A stretch of DNA of 25,863 nt from an uncultured Gammaproteobacteria bacterium (GTDB lineage Bacteria > Pseudomonadota > Gammaproteobacteria > GCA-001735895). A program made the translations under genes and the position numbers. Under the pieces are notes generated by a model. That model ran no database searches and was not told where the DNA came from. It worked only from the letters and a program-made list of their open reading frames with translations. The stretch is taken from assembly GCA_945787265.1 (NCBI GenBank), contig CALZHS010000023.1, positions 1 to 25,863 of the forward strand. The letters are read 5' to 3'. Below are positions 17,418-25,860 of the stretch, in pieces (the first letter of the stretch is position 1; each line of letters begins with the position of its first letter).

Positions 17418-17573
17418 GCGAATTTTTTCAGCGTTGGAAGCTGCGGTAAGTAAATCTCAATCTTCAAGCAACCGCACGGTTAAATCGTAATATAACCCGA
17501 AACTCCTGGCTTTCCCCGTTTTTGTGCTGCAAAACTCAAACTAGCCGATTATCGCCATTTCAGGCCAACCGAT

Positions 17574-17606
17574 GCATGTCGTTTATGTGCTCTGGCAAGT
17601 CGTTTA
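17574..17606 (+). promoter_or_regulatory. Tandem 12-bp direct repeat with a 21-bp period upstream of soxB (candidate activator site)
   Basis: GCATGTCGTTTA (17574-17585) and GCAAGTCGTTTA (17595-17606), 4 bp before a -35-like TTGACT (17611-17616). Confidence 0.5.
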
Positions 17607-17740
17607 CCGGTTGACTGCAGCCAACGTATTCTGTTTAAACTTGAATCACGCACTGAACACTCTTCCTTGCCGGCAATTTCGCTGGCACAGGGTGGCTGAC
17701 ACCGGGTATTCTTTGCGCCGACGCAACCAACACGACGCTT

Positions 17741-18994
17741 ATGCATTATTCAGGATTCAGCCTGCTCAAACAGGCACTTACCGGTAACCGCGGCTGGACC
17801 AGGGCCTGGCGTAACCTTGAGCCCAGAAAACGCTACGACGTCATCATTATCGGCGGCGGCGGCCATGGCCTCGCGACGGCCTATTACCTGGCGAAACTGC
17901 ACGGCATAACCAACGTCGCGGTTCTGGAGAAAGGTTACATCGGTGGCGGCAACACGGGTCGTAACACCACCATAGTGCGCTCCAACTACATGCTCAACCC
18001 GAACGCACAGTTCTACGAGCATTCAATGAAATTGTGGGAAGGATTAAGCCAGGACCTGAACTACAACGTGATGTTCAGCCAGCGGGGTGTGTTAAACCTG
18101 ATTCATACCGATGCCCAACGCGACGCTTTCGCGCGCCGCGGTAACGCACTGCGATTGAACGGCATCGATGCCGTCATGCATGACCTGGACGGTGTTAAAA
18201 AACTGATGCCGCATCTCGATTTCTCGAACAACACGCGTTTCCCGGTGCAGGGCGGACTGGCACAGCCGCGCGGTGGCACTGCGCGTCACGATGCGGTCGC
18301 CTGGGGTTACGCGCGTGCGGCTGATCGCCTCGGGGTTGAAATATTTCAAAAGTGCGAAGTTACCGCCATCAAACGTAAAGGTGACAAGGTCGTCACTGTT
18401 GAAACGACGCGCGGTCCAATCGAAGCGGGCCAGGTCGGCGTTGCGGTCGCGGGTAACTCGAGCCGTTTGTTTAATATGGTCGGCATGAAACTTCCGATTG
18501 AATCACATGTGCTGCAGGCCTTCGTCACCGAGGGCATCAAGCCGCTGGTGGATACGGTTTGCACCTTTGGCGCGGGTCACTTTTATATCAGCCAGTCAGA
18601 CAAGGGTGGGCTGGTTTTCGGCGGTGATCTCGATGGCTGGAATACCTATGCACAGCGTGGCAACCTGCCAACTTTTAATCACGTGGTTGCCGGTGGCGTG
18701 ACGATGATGCCCTGCCTTGCGCGCCTCAGGGTGTTACGGCAATGGGGGGGCGTTATGGATATGTCGATGGATGGCTCGCCGATCATCGGCAAAACCCCGA
18801 TTGATAACCTCTACCTGAACGGGGGCTGGTGTTACGGTGGTTTCAAGGCCACACCGGCCTCGGGCTGGGTTTTTGCGCATACCATCGCGCACGACAAGCC
18901 ACATGCGCTCAATGCTGAGTTTACGCTGGAACGTTTCCGCGAAGGCAATCTCATCGACGAGAAAGGCGTAGGCGCGTCGCCTAAATCACACTAG
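17741..18994 (+). CDS. soxB: Heterotetrameric sarcosine oxidase family, beta subunit
   Basis: GGGGHGLATAYYLAK, GRNTTIVRSNY, ARHDAVAWGYAR, SHVLQAFV and GGFKATP. Confidence 0.93.
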   Translation: MHYSGFSLLKQALTGNRGWTRAWRNLEPRKRYDVIIIGGGGHGLATAYYLAKLHGITNVAVLEKGYIGGGNTGRNTTIVRSNYMLNPNAQFYEHSMKLWEGLSQDLNYNVMFSQRGVLNLIHTDAQRDAFARRGNALRLNGIDAVMHDLDGVKKLMPHLDFSNNTRFPVQGGLAQPRGGTARHDAVAWGYARAADRLGVEIFQKCEVTAIKRKGDKVVTVETTRGPIEAGQVGVAVAGNSSRLFNMVGMKLPIESHVLQAFVTEGIKPLVDTVCTFGAGHFYISQSDKGGLVFGGDLDGWNTYAQRGNLPTFNHVVAGGVTMMPCLARLRVLRQWGGVMDMSMDGSPIIGKTPIDNLYLNGGWCYGGFKATPASGWVFAHTIAHDKPHALNAEFTLERFREGNLIDEKGVGASPKSH

Positions 18995-19005
18995 GAGGGA
19001 TTGAT

Positions 19006-19287
19006 ATGCTAAGAATCGAATGCCCCTGGTGCGGGGTACGTAACGAAGACGAATTCTCCTATGGTGGTGATGCGACGGTCGAACGACCCTCCGATAACGC
19101 CTCCGGGGACGACTGGTATGACTACGTTTATACGCGCAACAATCCGGCAGGCCCCCATCGCGAATACTGGCATCACGTGAACGGCTGCCGCGCCTGGCTC
19201 GCAGTTGAGCGTGACACCGTCACGCACGAAATATTCAGCGTCGCTCCGGCTTCACCCAATCTCCCGGCTCCCGGCAAGGAGGCCTGA
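19006..19287 (+). CDS. soxD: Sarcosine oxidase family, delta subunit
   Basis: CPWCG.R...EF.YGG, YVYTRNNPAG, and the H..GC zinc ligands. Confidence 0.93.
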   Translation: MLRIECPWCGVRNEDEFSYGGDATVERPSDNASGDDWYDYVYTRNNPAGPHREYWHHVNGCRAWLAVERDTVTHEIFSVAPASPNLPAPGKEA

Positions 19288-19292
19288 TCGAT

Positions 19293-22286
19293 ATGAGCCA
19301 GCAATACCGTACCAGCAGCGGCGGGCTCATCGATCGCGGTCGTTCGATCAGCTTTACCTTCGATGGTAAACCGTACCAGGGCTACGACGGTGACACGCTC
19401 GCGTCCGCACTGCTTGCCAACGGGGTACGCCTGGTGGGACGCAGTTTCAAGTACCATCGCCCGCGCGGAATCCAGACCGCCGGTTCCGAAGAACCCAACG
19501 CGATCGTCGAGTTGCGCAGCGGACCGCGCAAAGAGCCGAATACGCGTGCAACGACAATCGAGCTCTATGACGGTCTGGTTGCCAAAAGTCAGAACCGCTG
19601 GCCTTCGCTGGCCTTCGACGTAATGTCGATCAACAACCTGTTTTCACCCCTGTTATCGGCCGGCTTTTACTACAAGACCTTTATGTGGCCCGCTTCATTC
19701 TGGACCAACGTCTACGAACATGTGATCCGCCGCGCGGCTGGCCTCGGGACTGCACCAACCGAGCCCGATCCTGACTTCTACGAACAGTGTCACCAACACT
19801 GTGATGTGCTGGTCGTCGGCGCAGGTCCCGCCGGGTTAGCGGCCGCGCTGGCGGCGGCAAGGGCTGATGCACGGGTCATTCTGGTGGACGAACACCCGCG
19901 CGTGGGCGGATCGCTCAACAACGAAAACGTTTCCATCAACGGCAAACCCGGCAGCGACTGGGCGCTTGAAGTTTATGAAATGCTTCAGGAAATGGAGAAT
20001 GTCCAGGTTTTCACGCGCACGACCCTGTTCGGTTACTACGACCATAACGTGGTCGCGGCGATCGAAAAGGTCAGTGACCACATGCCGGTCCCGCACAAGG
20101 GTCACCCGCGCCAGCGCATGTGGACTTTCTACCCGGATCGGGTCGTCCTCGCAACCGGCGCAACCGAACGGCCACTGGTTTTCGGCAACAACGACAAGCC
20201 CGGCGTCATGCTCGCCTCGGCCGCCAGGGCCTTCGTTAATCGCTATGGCGTCAAACCCGGCAGACGCGCCGTGATTACAACCAACAATAATGACGCCTAC
20301 CGTACCGCGATCGATTTGCATCACGCCGGGGTTAGCGTTGCCGCGGTTGTCGATTCCCGCCGACACCCTGACTCTCCGCTGGCAGGCGAGCTCGAAAAAC
20401 TGGCGATCCGCCTGTTGACAGGTAGCACCGTCGGTTCTGCCGAGGGTGGGCGACACGTGACCCACGCCCAGATTGTCACCACGCTCGGGGACACGCTTGA
20501 ACCCGAACGTATTGACTGTGACCTGATCGCCTGTTCCGGTGGCTGGAATCCAAACGTCCATCTGCACAGCCAGTCCGGCGCCAAACCGGTTTACGATGAG
20601 TCAATCTTGAGCTTCGTACCCGGTAAGTCACGCCAGGCGGAGGTATCGGTCGGTGCCGCAAAGGGCAGTTTCAGCCTGCAGGAATGCCTTGCGCAAGGCA
20701 CCACCGCGGGAACCGCGGCGGCCAGGCAGACCGGTTTCAAGTCCAGGAAAATGGCAACGGCCAAGGTAGAAAATGAAGGTGAGTATGCGATCGAGGCATT
20801 GTGGATTTCCCCGACGCCTTACAACAAGACCTACAAGCAGTTTGTCGATCAGCAGAACGACGTCAAGGCCAGCGACGTGGTACTGGCCCAGCAGGAGGGT
20901 TTCGACTCGGTCGAGCTACTCAAGCGCTACACCACCCAGGGCATGGCGACCGACCAGGGCAAGACCAGTAACGTCAACGCACTGGCGATACTCGCCTGCC
21001 AGCGTGGTGAACCTTTACCCGAAGTTGGCATTACTACCTTTCGACCACCCTACGTACCGGTAGCGATGGGGGTTTTCGCCGGGCATACCGTTGGTTCCGA
21101 TTTCATGCCGGTGCGGCGCACGGCAATTCATGACTGGAACACCAGGCAGGGCGCTGTCTTCGTCGAAGCCGGCCTGTGGCTGCGGGCACGTTATTACCCG
21201 CAAATGCCGGGCGACACGATGAACGATTGCTACATTCGTGAAACCGAGGCAACCCGCAATAATGTCGCGATCGTCGACGTGACCTCGCTCGGCAAGATCG
21301 ACATCCAGGGGCCCGACACAGCTGAATTTTTAAATCGACTTTATATCAACAACTGGCTCAAGCTGCCCGTGGGCAAGGTACGCTATGGTGCAATGCTGCG
21401 CGAAGACGGAATGGTTTTTGACGATGGTACAACTTCGCGTCTCGGCGAGAATCACTTCTTCATGACCACCACTACTGCCAATGCCGCATCAGTGCTGGCG
21501 CACATGGAGCAGTATCACCAGATCGAATGGCCCGAGTTCGACGTCGTGTTTTGCTCGGTAACCGAGCAATGGACCGGCATCGCGGTCGCGGGGCCCAACA
21601 GCCGTAAACTGCTGGAACAGGTAATCGACATCGACATCAGCAACGAGGCCTTCCCGTTCATGAGTGTCAGCGAATGCATGATAAACAATATTCCCGCGCG
21701 CCTGTTCAGGATATCGTTTTCTGGTGAACTGGCCTATGAAATCAACGTGCCCGCTGACTATGGCGAGCAGGCCTGGCTCGACCTGCTCGAGGCCGGCAAG
21801 GAGATGGGTGTGTCGGTGTACGGTACCGAGGCACTCGGTACCATGCGTATCGAGAAGGGTCACGTCGCGGGCTCCGAACTGGACGGTCGCACCACGGCGA
21901 AAGACCTGGGTCTTGAAGGCATGGCCAACCGGCAAAAGCATTTCATCGGCAAGCACAACTCCGAGCGACCGGCCCTGGTTGGCGAAGGGCGTTTGCAGGT
22001 GGTCGGGCTCAAGTCACTGGTACCGGACAGGAATCTGCGCATCGGTGCGCACCTGGTTGACCCGAAGGTCAAGCTGGAGACCGTGAGCCAGTCGCAAGGT
22101 CATGTAACCGCGACAACCTACAGCCCGCAGCTTGGCTGCGGCATCGCGCTCGGCCTGCTGCGGGATGGAGCTACGCGGCATGGAGAACAGATCGAGGCAG
22201 TGTTTCCGCTCGATGACGAAACGCTCAGCGTCGAGGTCTGCCACCCGGTATTCATCGATCCCGACGGAGAACTCGTTCGTGCCTGA
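19293..22286 (+). CDS. soxA: Sarcosine oxidase family, alpha subunit
   Basis: GDTLASALLANG, RSFKYHRPRG, GFYYKTFMWP, GAGPAG, KRYTTQGMATDQGK, and a GcvT-like folate domain (DDGT, RISFSGELAYEI, RIEKGH). The length is 997 aa. Confidence 0.95.
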   Translation: MSQQYRTSSGGLIDRGRSISFTFDGKPYQGYDGDTLASALLANGVRLVGRSFKYHRPRGIQTAGSEEPNAIVELRSGPRKEPNTRATTIELYDGLVAKSQNRWPSLAFDVMSINNLFSPLLSAGFYYKTFMWPASFWTNVYEHVIRRAAGLGTAPTEPDPDFYEQCHQHCDVLVVGAGPAGLAAALAAARADARVILVDEHPRVGGSLNNENVSINGKPGSDWALEVYEMLQEMENVQVFTRTTLFGYYDHNVVAAIEKVSDHMPVPHKGHPRQRMWTFYPDRVVLATGATERPLVFGNNDKPGVMLASAARAFVNRYGVKPGRRAVITTNNNDAYRTAIDLHHAGVSVAAVVDSRRHPDSPLAGELEKLAIRLLTGSTVGSAEGGRHVTHAQIVTTLGDTLEPERIDCDLIACSGGWNPNVHLHSQSGAKPVYDESILSFVPGKSRQAEVSVGAAKGSFSLQECLAQGTTAGTAAARQTGFKSRKMATAKVENEGEYAIEALWISPTPYNKTYKQFVDQQNDVKASDVVLAQQEGFDSVELLKRYTTQGMATDQGKTSNVNALAILACQRGEPLPEVGITTFRPPYVPVAMGVFAGHTVGSDFMPVRRTAIHDWNTRQGAVFVEAGLWLRARYYPQMPGDTMNDCYIRETEATRNNVAIVDVTSLGKIDIQGPDTAEFLNRLYINNWLKLPVGKVRYGAMLREDGMVFDDGTTSRLGENHFFMTTTTANAASVLAHMEQYHQIEWPEFDVVFCSVTEQWTGIAVAGPNSRKLLEQVIDIDISNEAFPFMSVSECMINNIPARLFRISFSGELAYEINVPADYGEQAWLDLLEAGKEMGVSVYGTEALGTMRIEKGHVAGSELDGRTTAKDLGLEGMANRQKHFIGKHNSERPALVGEGRLQVVGLKSLVPDRNLRIGAHLVDPKVKLETVSQSQGHVTATTYSPQLGCGIALGLLRDGATRHGEQIEAVFPLDDETLSVEVCHPVFIDPDGELVRA

Positions 22287-22890
22287 TAGACAAGACTTGC
22301 CGCAACGCGTATCGCCACTGTTACCGGCAGATGGTGAATTTATTATCGACTACAAGAATGTCCGCCTGGCTGAACGCAAGGCGTTGACCGCGATCCAGGT
22401 GCTGGCATTCAATGGCAAGCTCCCGGATGTTGCGTCGGCAATAGGTTCGGCAGTTGGCATCAATTGCTCGACCCGACCCGGCATCGTCAATTCCGATGGC
22501 AAGACCCAGGTCTGCTGGAACGGGCCGAATAGCTGGATGATTATTTGTAGTGACGCAGAAACCGGACGTGCGCCTGGCGAATTATTCAAAACACTGCAGG
22601 ATGCGGTAGGTGGGTTGGGGGCGGTAGTCGATCAAAGCCACGGCCGCTGCGGATTGCGTCTCAGTGGTTCACGCGCTCGCCAGGTAATGGCAAAAAACAC
22701 GGCAATCGACTTGCATCCGCGTGCATTTGGTCCGGGTCAGTGCGCAATGACTTCAGTGGCGCATATGAATGCAACGATCATCCAGGTTGACGATACCCCG
22801 ACTTACGATTTATTCGTGATACGCAGCCTGGCGCGTTCCTTTGCGCATGCCATCGAGCACGCCTGCCAGGAATTCGCAAGCGAAGGGTAA
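22279..22890 (+). CDS. soxG: Sarcosine oxidase family, gamma subunit
   Basis: GTG start at 22279 overlaps the soxA stop and has GGAG upstream. Motifs: WNGPNSW, VVDQSHGR, IDLHPRAF, FVIRSLARSF. Confidence 0.88.
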   Translation: MPDRQDLPQRVSPLLPADGEFIIDYKNVRLAERKALTAIQVLAFNGKLPDVASAIGSAVGINCSTRPGIVNSDGKTQVCWNGPNSWMIICSDAETGRAPGELFKTLQDAVGGLGAVVDQSHGRCGLRLSGSRARQVMAKNTAIDLHPRAFGPGQCAMTSVAHMNATIIQVDDTPTYDLFVIRSLARSFAHAIEHACQEFASEG

Positions 22891-22895
22891 CCCGA

Positions 22896-23159
22896 TTATC
22901 GCAGCGCTTTCAGGTTGGAAATCAACAGGTCGCGCTTACGATGCATTTCCTCCTCGATCTGGTGCGCCAGGTCGAGTTCGAGTCCGCAACACTGAGCCGC
23001 GGTCATTACCTGATTCTTGGTTGTCTTTCTGACCGTCTTCACCAGCAATCGAGTTACAATGTTCTTAACCTCTTCTTTTTCCGAGTCTGACAGGTCATGA
23101 TTCGCCAGGGCCGATATAATTGACTCGGTTGTATCTTCAATAGAACTTTGGACTGACAT
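22896..23159 (-). CDS. Small hypothetical protein with a Cys-Cys-Gly motif (87 aa)
   Basis: The ATG at 23159 has a GGGGA RBS and lies 17 nt after the stop of the PLP enzyme. The sequence looks helical and ends QCCGLELDLAHQIEEEMHRKRDLLISNLKALR. Confidence 0.72.
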   Translation of the reverse strand: MSVQSSIEDTTESIISALANHDLSDSEKEEVKNIVTRLLVKTVRKTTKNQVMTAAQCCGLELDLAHQIEEEMHRKRDLLISNLKALR

Positions 23160-23176
23160 AATTTTTCCCCATTTAT

Positions 23177-24325
23177 TCAGAGCGCTTCCAGGCTCTGCTC
23201 GATATCGTTGATCAAATCCTGACAATTTTCAATTCCAATTGACAGGCGCAGCAGGTTTTGCGGCACTGCACTGTGAGGTCCTTCCACGGATGCGCGATGT
23301 TCGATCAGGCTTTCCACACCTCCCAACGAGGTCGCGGGCACGAACAGGCGGGTATTGCCGGCAATTCGTTTTGCTGCTTCCGCGCCCCCCTTGACCAGCA
23401 ATGATAACACGCCACCGAAGCCACGAGTCATCTGCCGTTTTGCGATCTCGTGCCCGGGATGGCTTTCGAGGCCGGGGTATAGCACACGCTCCAGACGGGA
23501 ATCGCCTTCAAAATGCTGCGCCAGGCGCAAGGCGCTCTCTGATGCCCTGTCAAACCGCAGGAACAGGGTGCGCATACTGCGTAACAGTAACCAGGCCTCA
23601 AATGGCCCCAGCACCCCACCCGTCAGGGTCCGTACCAGCTTGATCTCATCCCAGCGCGCGTTCATTTCAGCGGTCACCAGAATGCCGGCCATTACGTCAC
23701 TGTGACCGTTGAAGTACTTCGTTGCCGAATGAAACACGATATCGGCTCCGTGCTCGAGCGCGCGGGTCGTAACCGGCGATGCAACCGTTCCATCAACCGC
23801 TAAAATTGCACCGGCATCGTGCGCGATTGCCGCCGCGGCAGCGATATCAATCACCTCCCAGGTTGGATTAACCGGTGATTCAATCCATACCACCGTCGTT
23901 TTGCCGGGCTCAACCGAGCGGCGCAGATTCTCGATATCACTGGCGTCGAACAAGGTTAGTTCGATCGAGCGCTTTTCCGAAATTCGGCGTAACCAGTCCT
24001 GCGAGCCGTGATACATAATTCGTGGCGCCACCACGTGCTCACCGGAATTCACGGTTTCGAAGAATGCGCAAACCGCCGCCATGCCCGATGCGAAACACCT
24101 GGCCTCAGCACCACCATCGAGTTCGGCACAGACCTGTTCAAGCAATTCCCAGGACGGGTTACCCGAACGGCTATAGCTAAACTTGCTTAAGTACTCGTAC
24201 TCGGAATCCCTGGCGTAGGTCGTTGAAAACTGTAGCGGCGGGCTAACTCCACCGGTTAACTCGTCAATATAGTGACAGGCCTGTACAACGCGTGATTCGA
24301 GCGACTCTTCTTTATCGTTATCCAT
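23177..24325 (-). CDS. PLP-dependent trans-sulfuration family enzyme (cystathionine gamma-synthase / methionine gamma-lyase-like)
   Basis: YSRSGNP, FASGMAA, IESPVNP, the PLP lysine in SATKYFNGHSDV, TSLGGVESL and LLRLSIGIE. Confidence 0.9.
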   Translation of the reverse strand: MDNDKEESLESRVVQACHYIDELTGGVSPPLQFSTTYARDSEYEYLSKFSYSRSGNPSWELLEQVCAELDGGAEARCFASGMAAVCAFFETVNSGEHVVAPRIMYHGSQDWLRRISEKRSIELTLFDASDIENLRRSVEPGKTTVVWIESPVNPTWEVIDIAAAAAIAHDAGAILAVDGTVASPVTTRALEHGADIVFHSATKYFNGHSDVMAGILVTAEMNARWDEIKLVRTLTGGVLGPFEAWLLLRSMRTLFLRFDRASESALRLAQHFEGDSRLERVLYPGLESHPGHEIAKRQMTRGFGGVLSLLVKGGAEAAKRIAGNTRLFVPATSLGGVESLIEHRASVEGPHSAVPQNLLRLSIGIENCQDLINDIEQSLEAL

Positions 24326-24434
24326 GGAATATGTTCTGCAAATTTATGACTAAACTTGGTAAAAAATGATTTATCTTAACATCACTAATCCCGTATTCTT
24401 GCAGTAGTTCTGCTTTCTTGATCGAGATTCACCA

Positions 24435-25778
24435 ATGGCCGCATCACCCTATTCCATCGACAGCTCCAAGCGCAAGATAGATCCCTATCGAAATCCCGAT
24501 GCCGCGTTAAAACCCGACGGCACACCGGACGATAATGACCGCGTCGAAATTGGCCCCACCGCACTCGCGTTTGCCGAGTGGGAGACGCTTGGCCTGGAGG
24601 TTCCGCACCTGGATACGATGCGTGAATTCCGACTGCAGCGCCTGGTGCAGCAGTTACAGGCGCGCGACTACGGCGGCATCGTTTTATTCGATCCGCTCAA
24701 CATCCGTTACGCCACCGACTCTACCAACATGCAGCTGTGGATCACGCATAACCCGGCGCGCGCCTGTTTCGTATCTGCCGACGGTTACATGGTGCTGTTC
24801 GATTTCCACAGCTGTGAACATCTTTCCGATCATTTACCGCTGGTCAGGGAGCGACGTCACGGCGCGTCGTTTTTCTACTTTGAATCGGGGCACCGTGGCG
24901 AAGAACACGCCATGCATTTTGCGCAAAACATCGACGAATTGATGCGCACCCATTCCGCTAACAACCGACGCCTGGCCGTCGATAAAATCGAGATTGCGGG
25001 CCTGCGTGCGCTTGAAAAAATTGGCTTCGAGGTATTCGAAGGGCAGCCTGTTACCGAGGAAGCCCGGGTTATCAAGGGCCCTGTCGAAATCAAGGCAATG
25101 CGCTGTTCGATTGCGGCCTGTGAAGCCGCAATGCATGAAATGGAAAATGCCTGTGAAGCAGGTAAGAGTGAAAACGAAATCTGGTCGGTGCTGCACGCTG
25201 GCAACATTAAACGCGGTGGCGAGTGGCTCGAAACCCGTATTTTTTCGTCCGGGCCACGCACCAATCCCTGGTTCCAGGAGTCGGGGCCACGTATCGTCAG
25301 CGACGGCGAATTGCTTGCGCTGGATACCGACATGGTCGGCACCTATGGCATTTGTTGCGACATCTCGCGCACCTGGCTGTGCGGTGATGTCGAACCCACC
25401 GAGGCACAAAAACGTATTTACCAGATCTCCTACGAGCACATCATGACTAACATGGATCTGCTCAAGCCGGGAGTGACGTTCAGCGAGATCACGCAAAAAG
25501 CGCATCGCTTACCCGATAACTGTATTCCGAATCGCTACGGGGTGGTGATGCACGGCGTCGGCCTGTGCGACGAATACCCGGCAATTCGGTATCGCGAGGA
25601 TTACGACGCCCACGGATATGATGGCGTGGTCGAACCCGGCATGGTTTTTTGTGTCGAGGTCTATGCCGGTGAAGTCGACGGCAAGGAGGGTGTCAAGCTC
25701 GAAGACCAGGTACTGATCACCGAAGAAGGTTACGAAAACCTGATCAAGTATCCATTCGAAGAAAGACTGCTGAAGTAA
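24435..25778 (+). CDS. dddP: Dimethylsulfoniopropionate (DMSP) lyase DddP (M24 fold)
   Basis: The DddP-specific N-terminus (RKIDP, NDRVEIGPTALAFAEW, NIRYATDSTNMQLW), RGGEWLETR, SGPRTNPWFQE, and the metal/catalytic motifs LDTD, DISRTW, YGVVMHGVGLCDEYP, CVE and KLEDQ. Confidence 0.9.
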   Translation: MAASPYSIDSSKRKIDPYRNPDAALKPDGTPDDNDRVEIGPTALAFAEWETLGLEVPHLDTMREFRLQRLVQQLQARDYGGIVLFDPLNIRYATDSTNMQLWITHNPARACFVSADGYMVLFDFHSCEHLSDHLPLVRERRHGASFFYFESGHRGEEHAMHFAQNIDELMRTHSANNRRLAVDKIEIAGLRALEKIGFEVFEGQPVTEEARVIKGPVEIKAMRCSIAACEAAMHEMENACEAGKSENEIWSVLHAGNIKRGGEWLETRIFSSGPRTNPWFQESGPRIVSDGELLALDTDMVGTYGICCDISRTWLCGDVEPTEAQKRIYQISYEHIMTNMDLLKPGVTFSEITQKAHRLPDNCIPNRYGVVMHGVGLCDEYPAIRYREDYDAHGYDGVVEPGMVFCVEVYAGEVDGKEGVKLEDQVLITEEGYENLIKYPFEERLLK

Positions 25779-25792
25779 TCGCTGGTTATTTA

Positions 25793-25860
25793 CTGTCACC
25801 CCCGGTCAGACTGTCATACCCCACAAGGCTGTCATACCGCGGCTTGACCGCGGTATCCAG
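25793..25860 (+). repeat. TGTC-tagged REP-like palindrome preceded by two tandem degenerate heads
   Basis: CTGTCA at 25793, 25811 and 25829 (18-bp period). The last copy carries a perfect 9-bp inverted repeat ATACCGCGG-CTTGA-CCGCGGTAT (25834-25856) followed by CCAG. Confidence 0.7.

Noticed and set aside
17593-17697. Sigma54 promoters upstream of soxB (TGGCAAGTCGTTTAC, TGGCACAGGGTGGCT)
   Set aside because: The first lacks the -12 GC and the second has GC one base off the strict spacing.
22132-22278. N-terminal extension of soxG in the ORF track
   Set aside because: It overlaps soxA in another frame. The GTG at 22279 has an RBS and gives a normal gamma-subunit length.
23160-23225. N-terminal extension of the small CC protein (track start 23225)
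   Set aside because: It overlaps the 3' end of the PLP enzyme gene. The ATG at 23159 has its own RBS.
25793-25846. CRISPR mini-array interpretation of the 18-bp periodic repeats
   Set aside because: The repeat (6-10 bp) and spacer (8-12 bp) are far too short, there are no cas genes, and a REP element explains it better.
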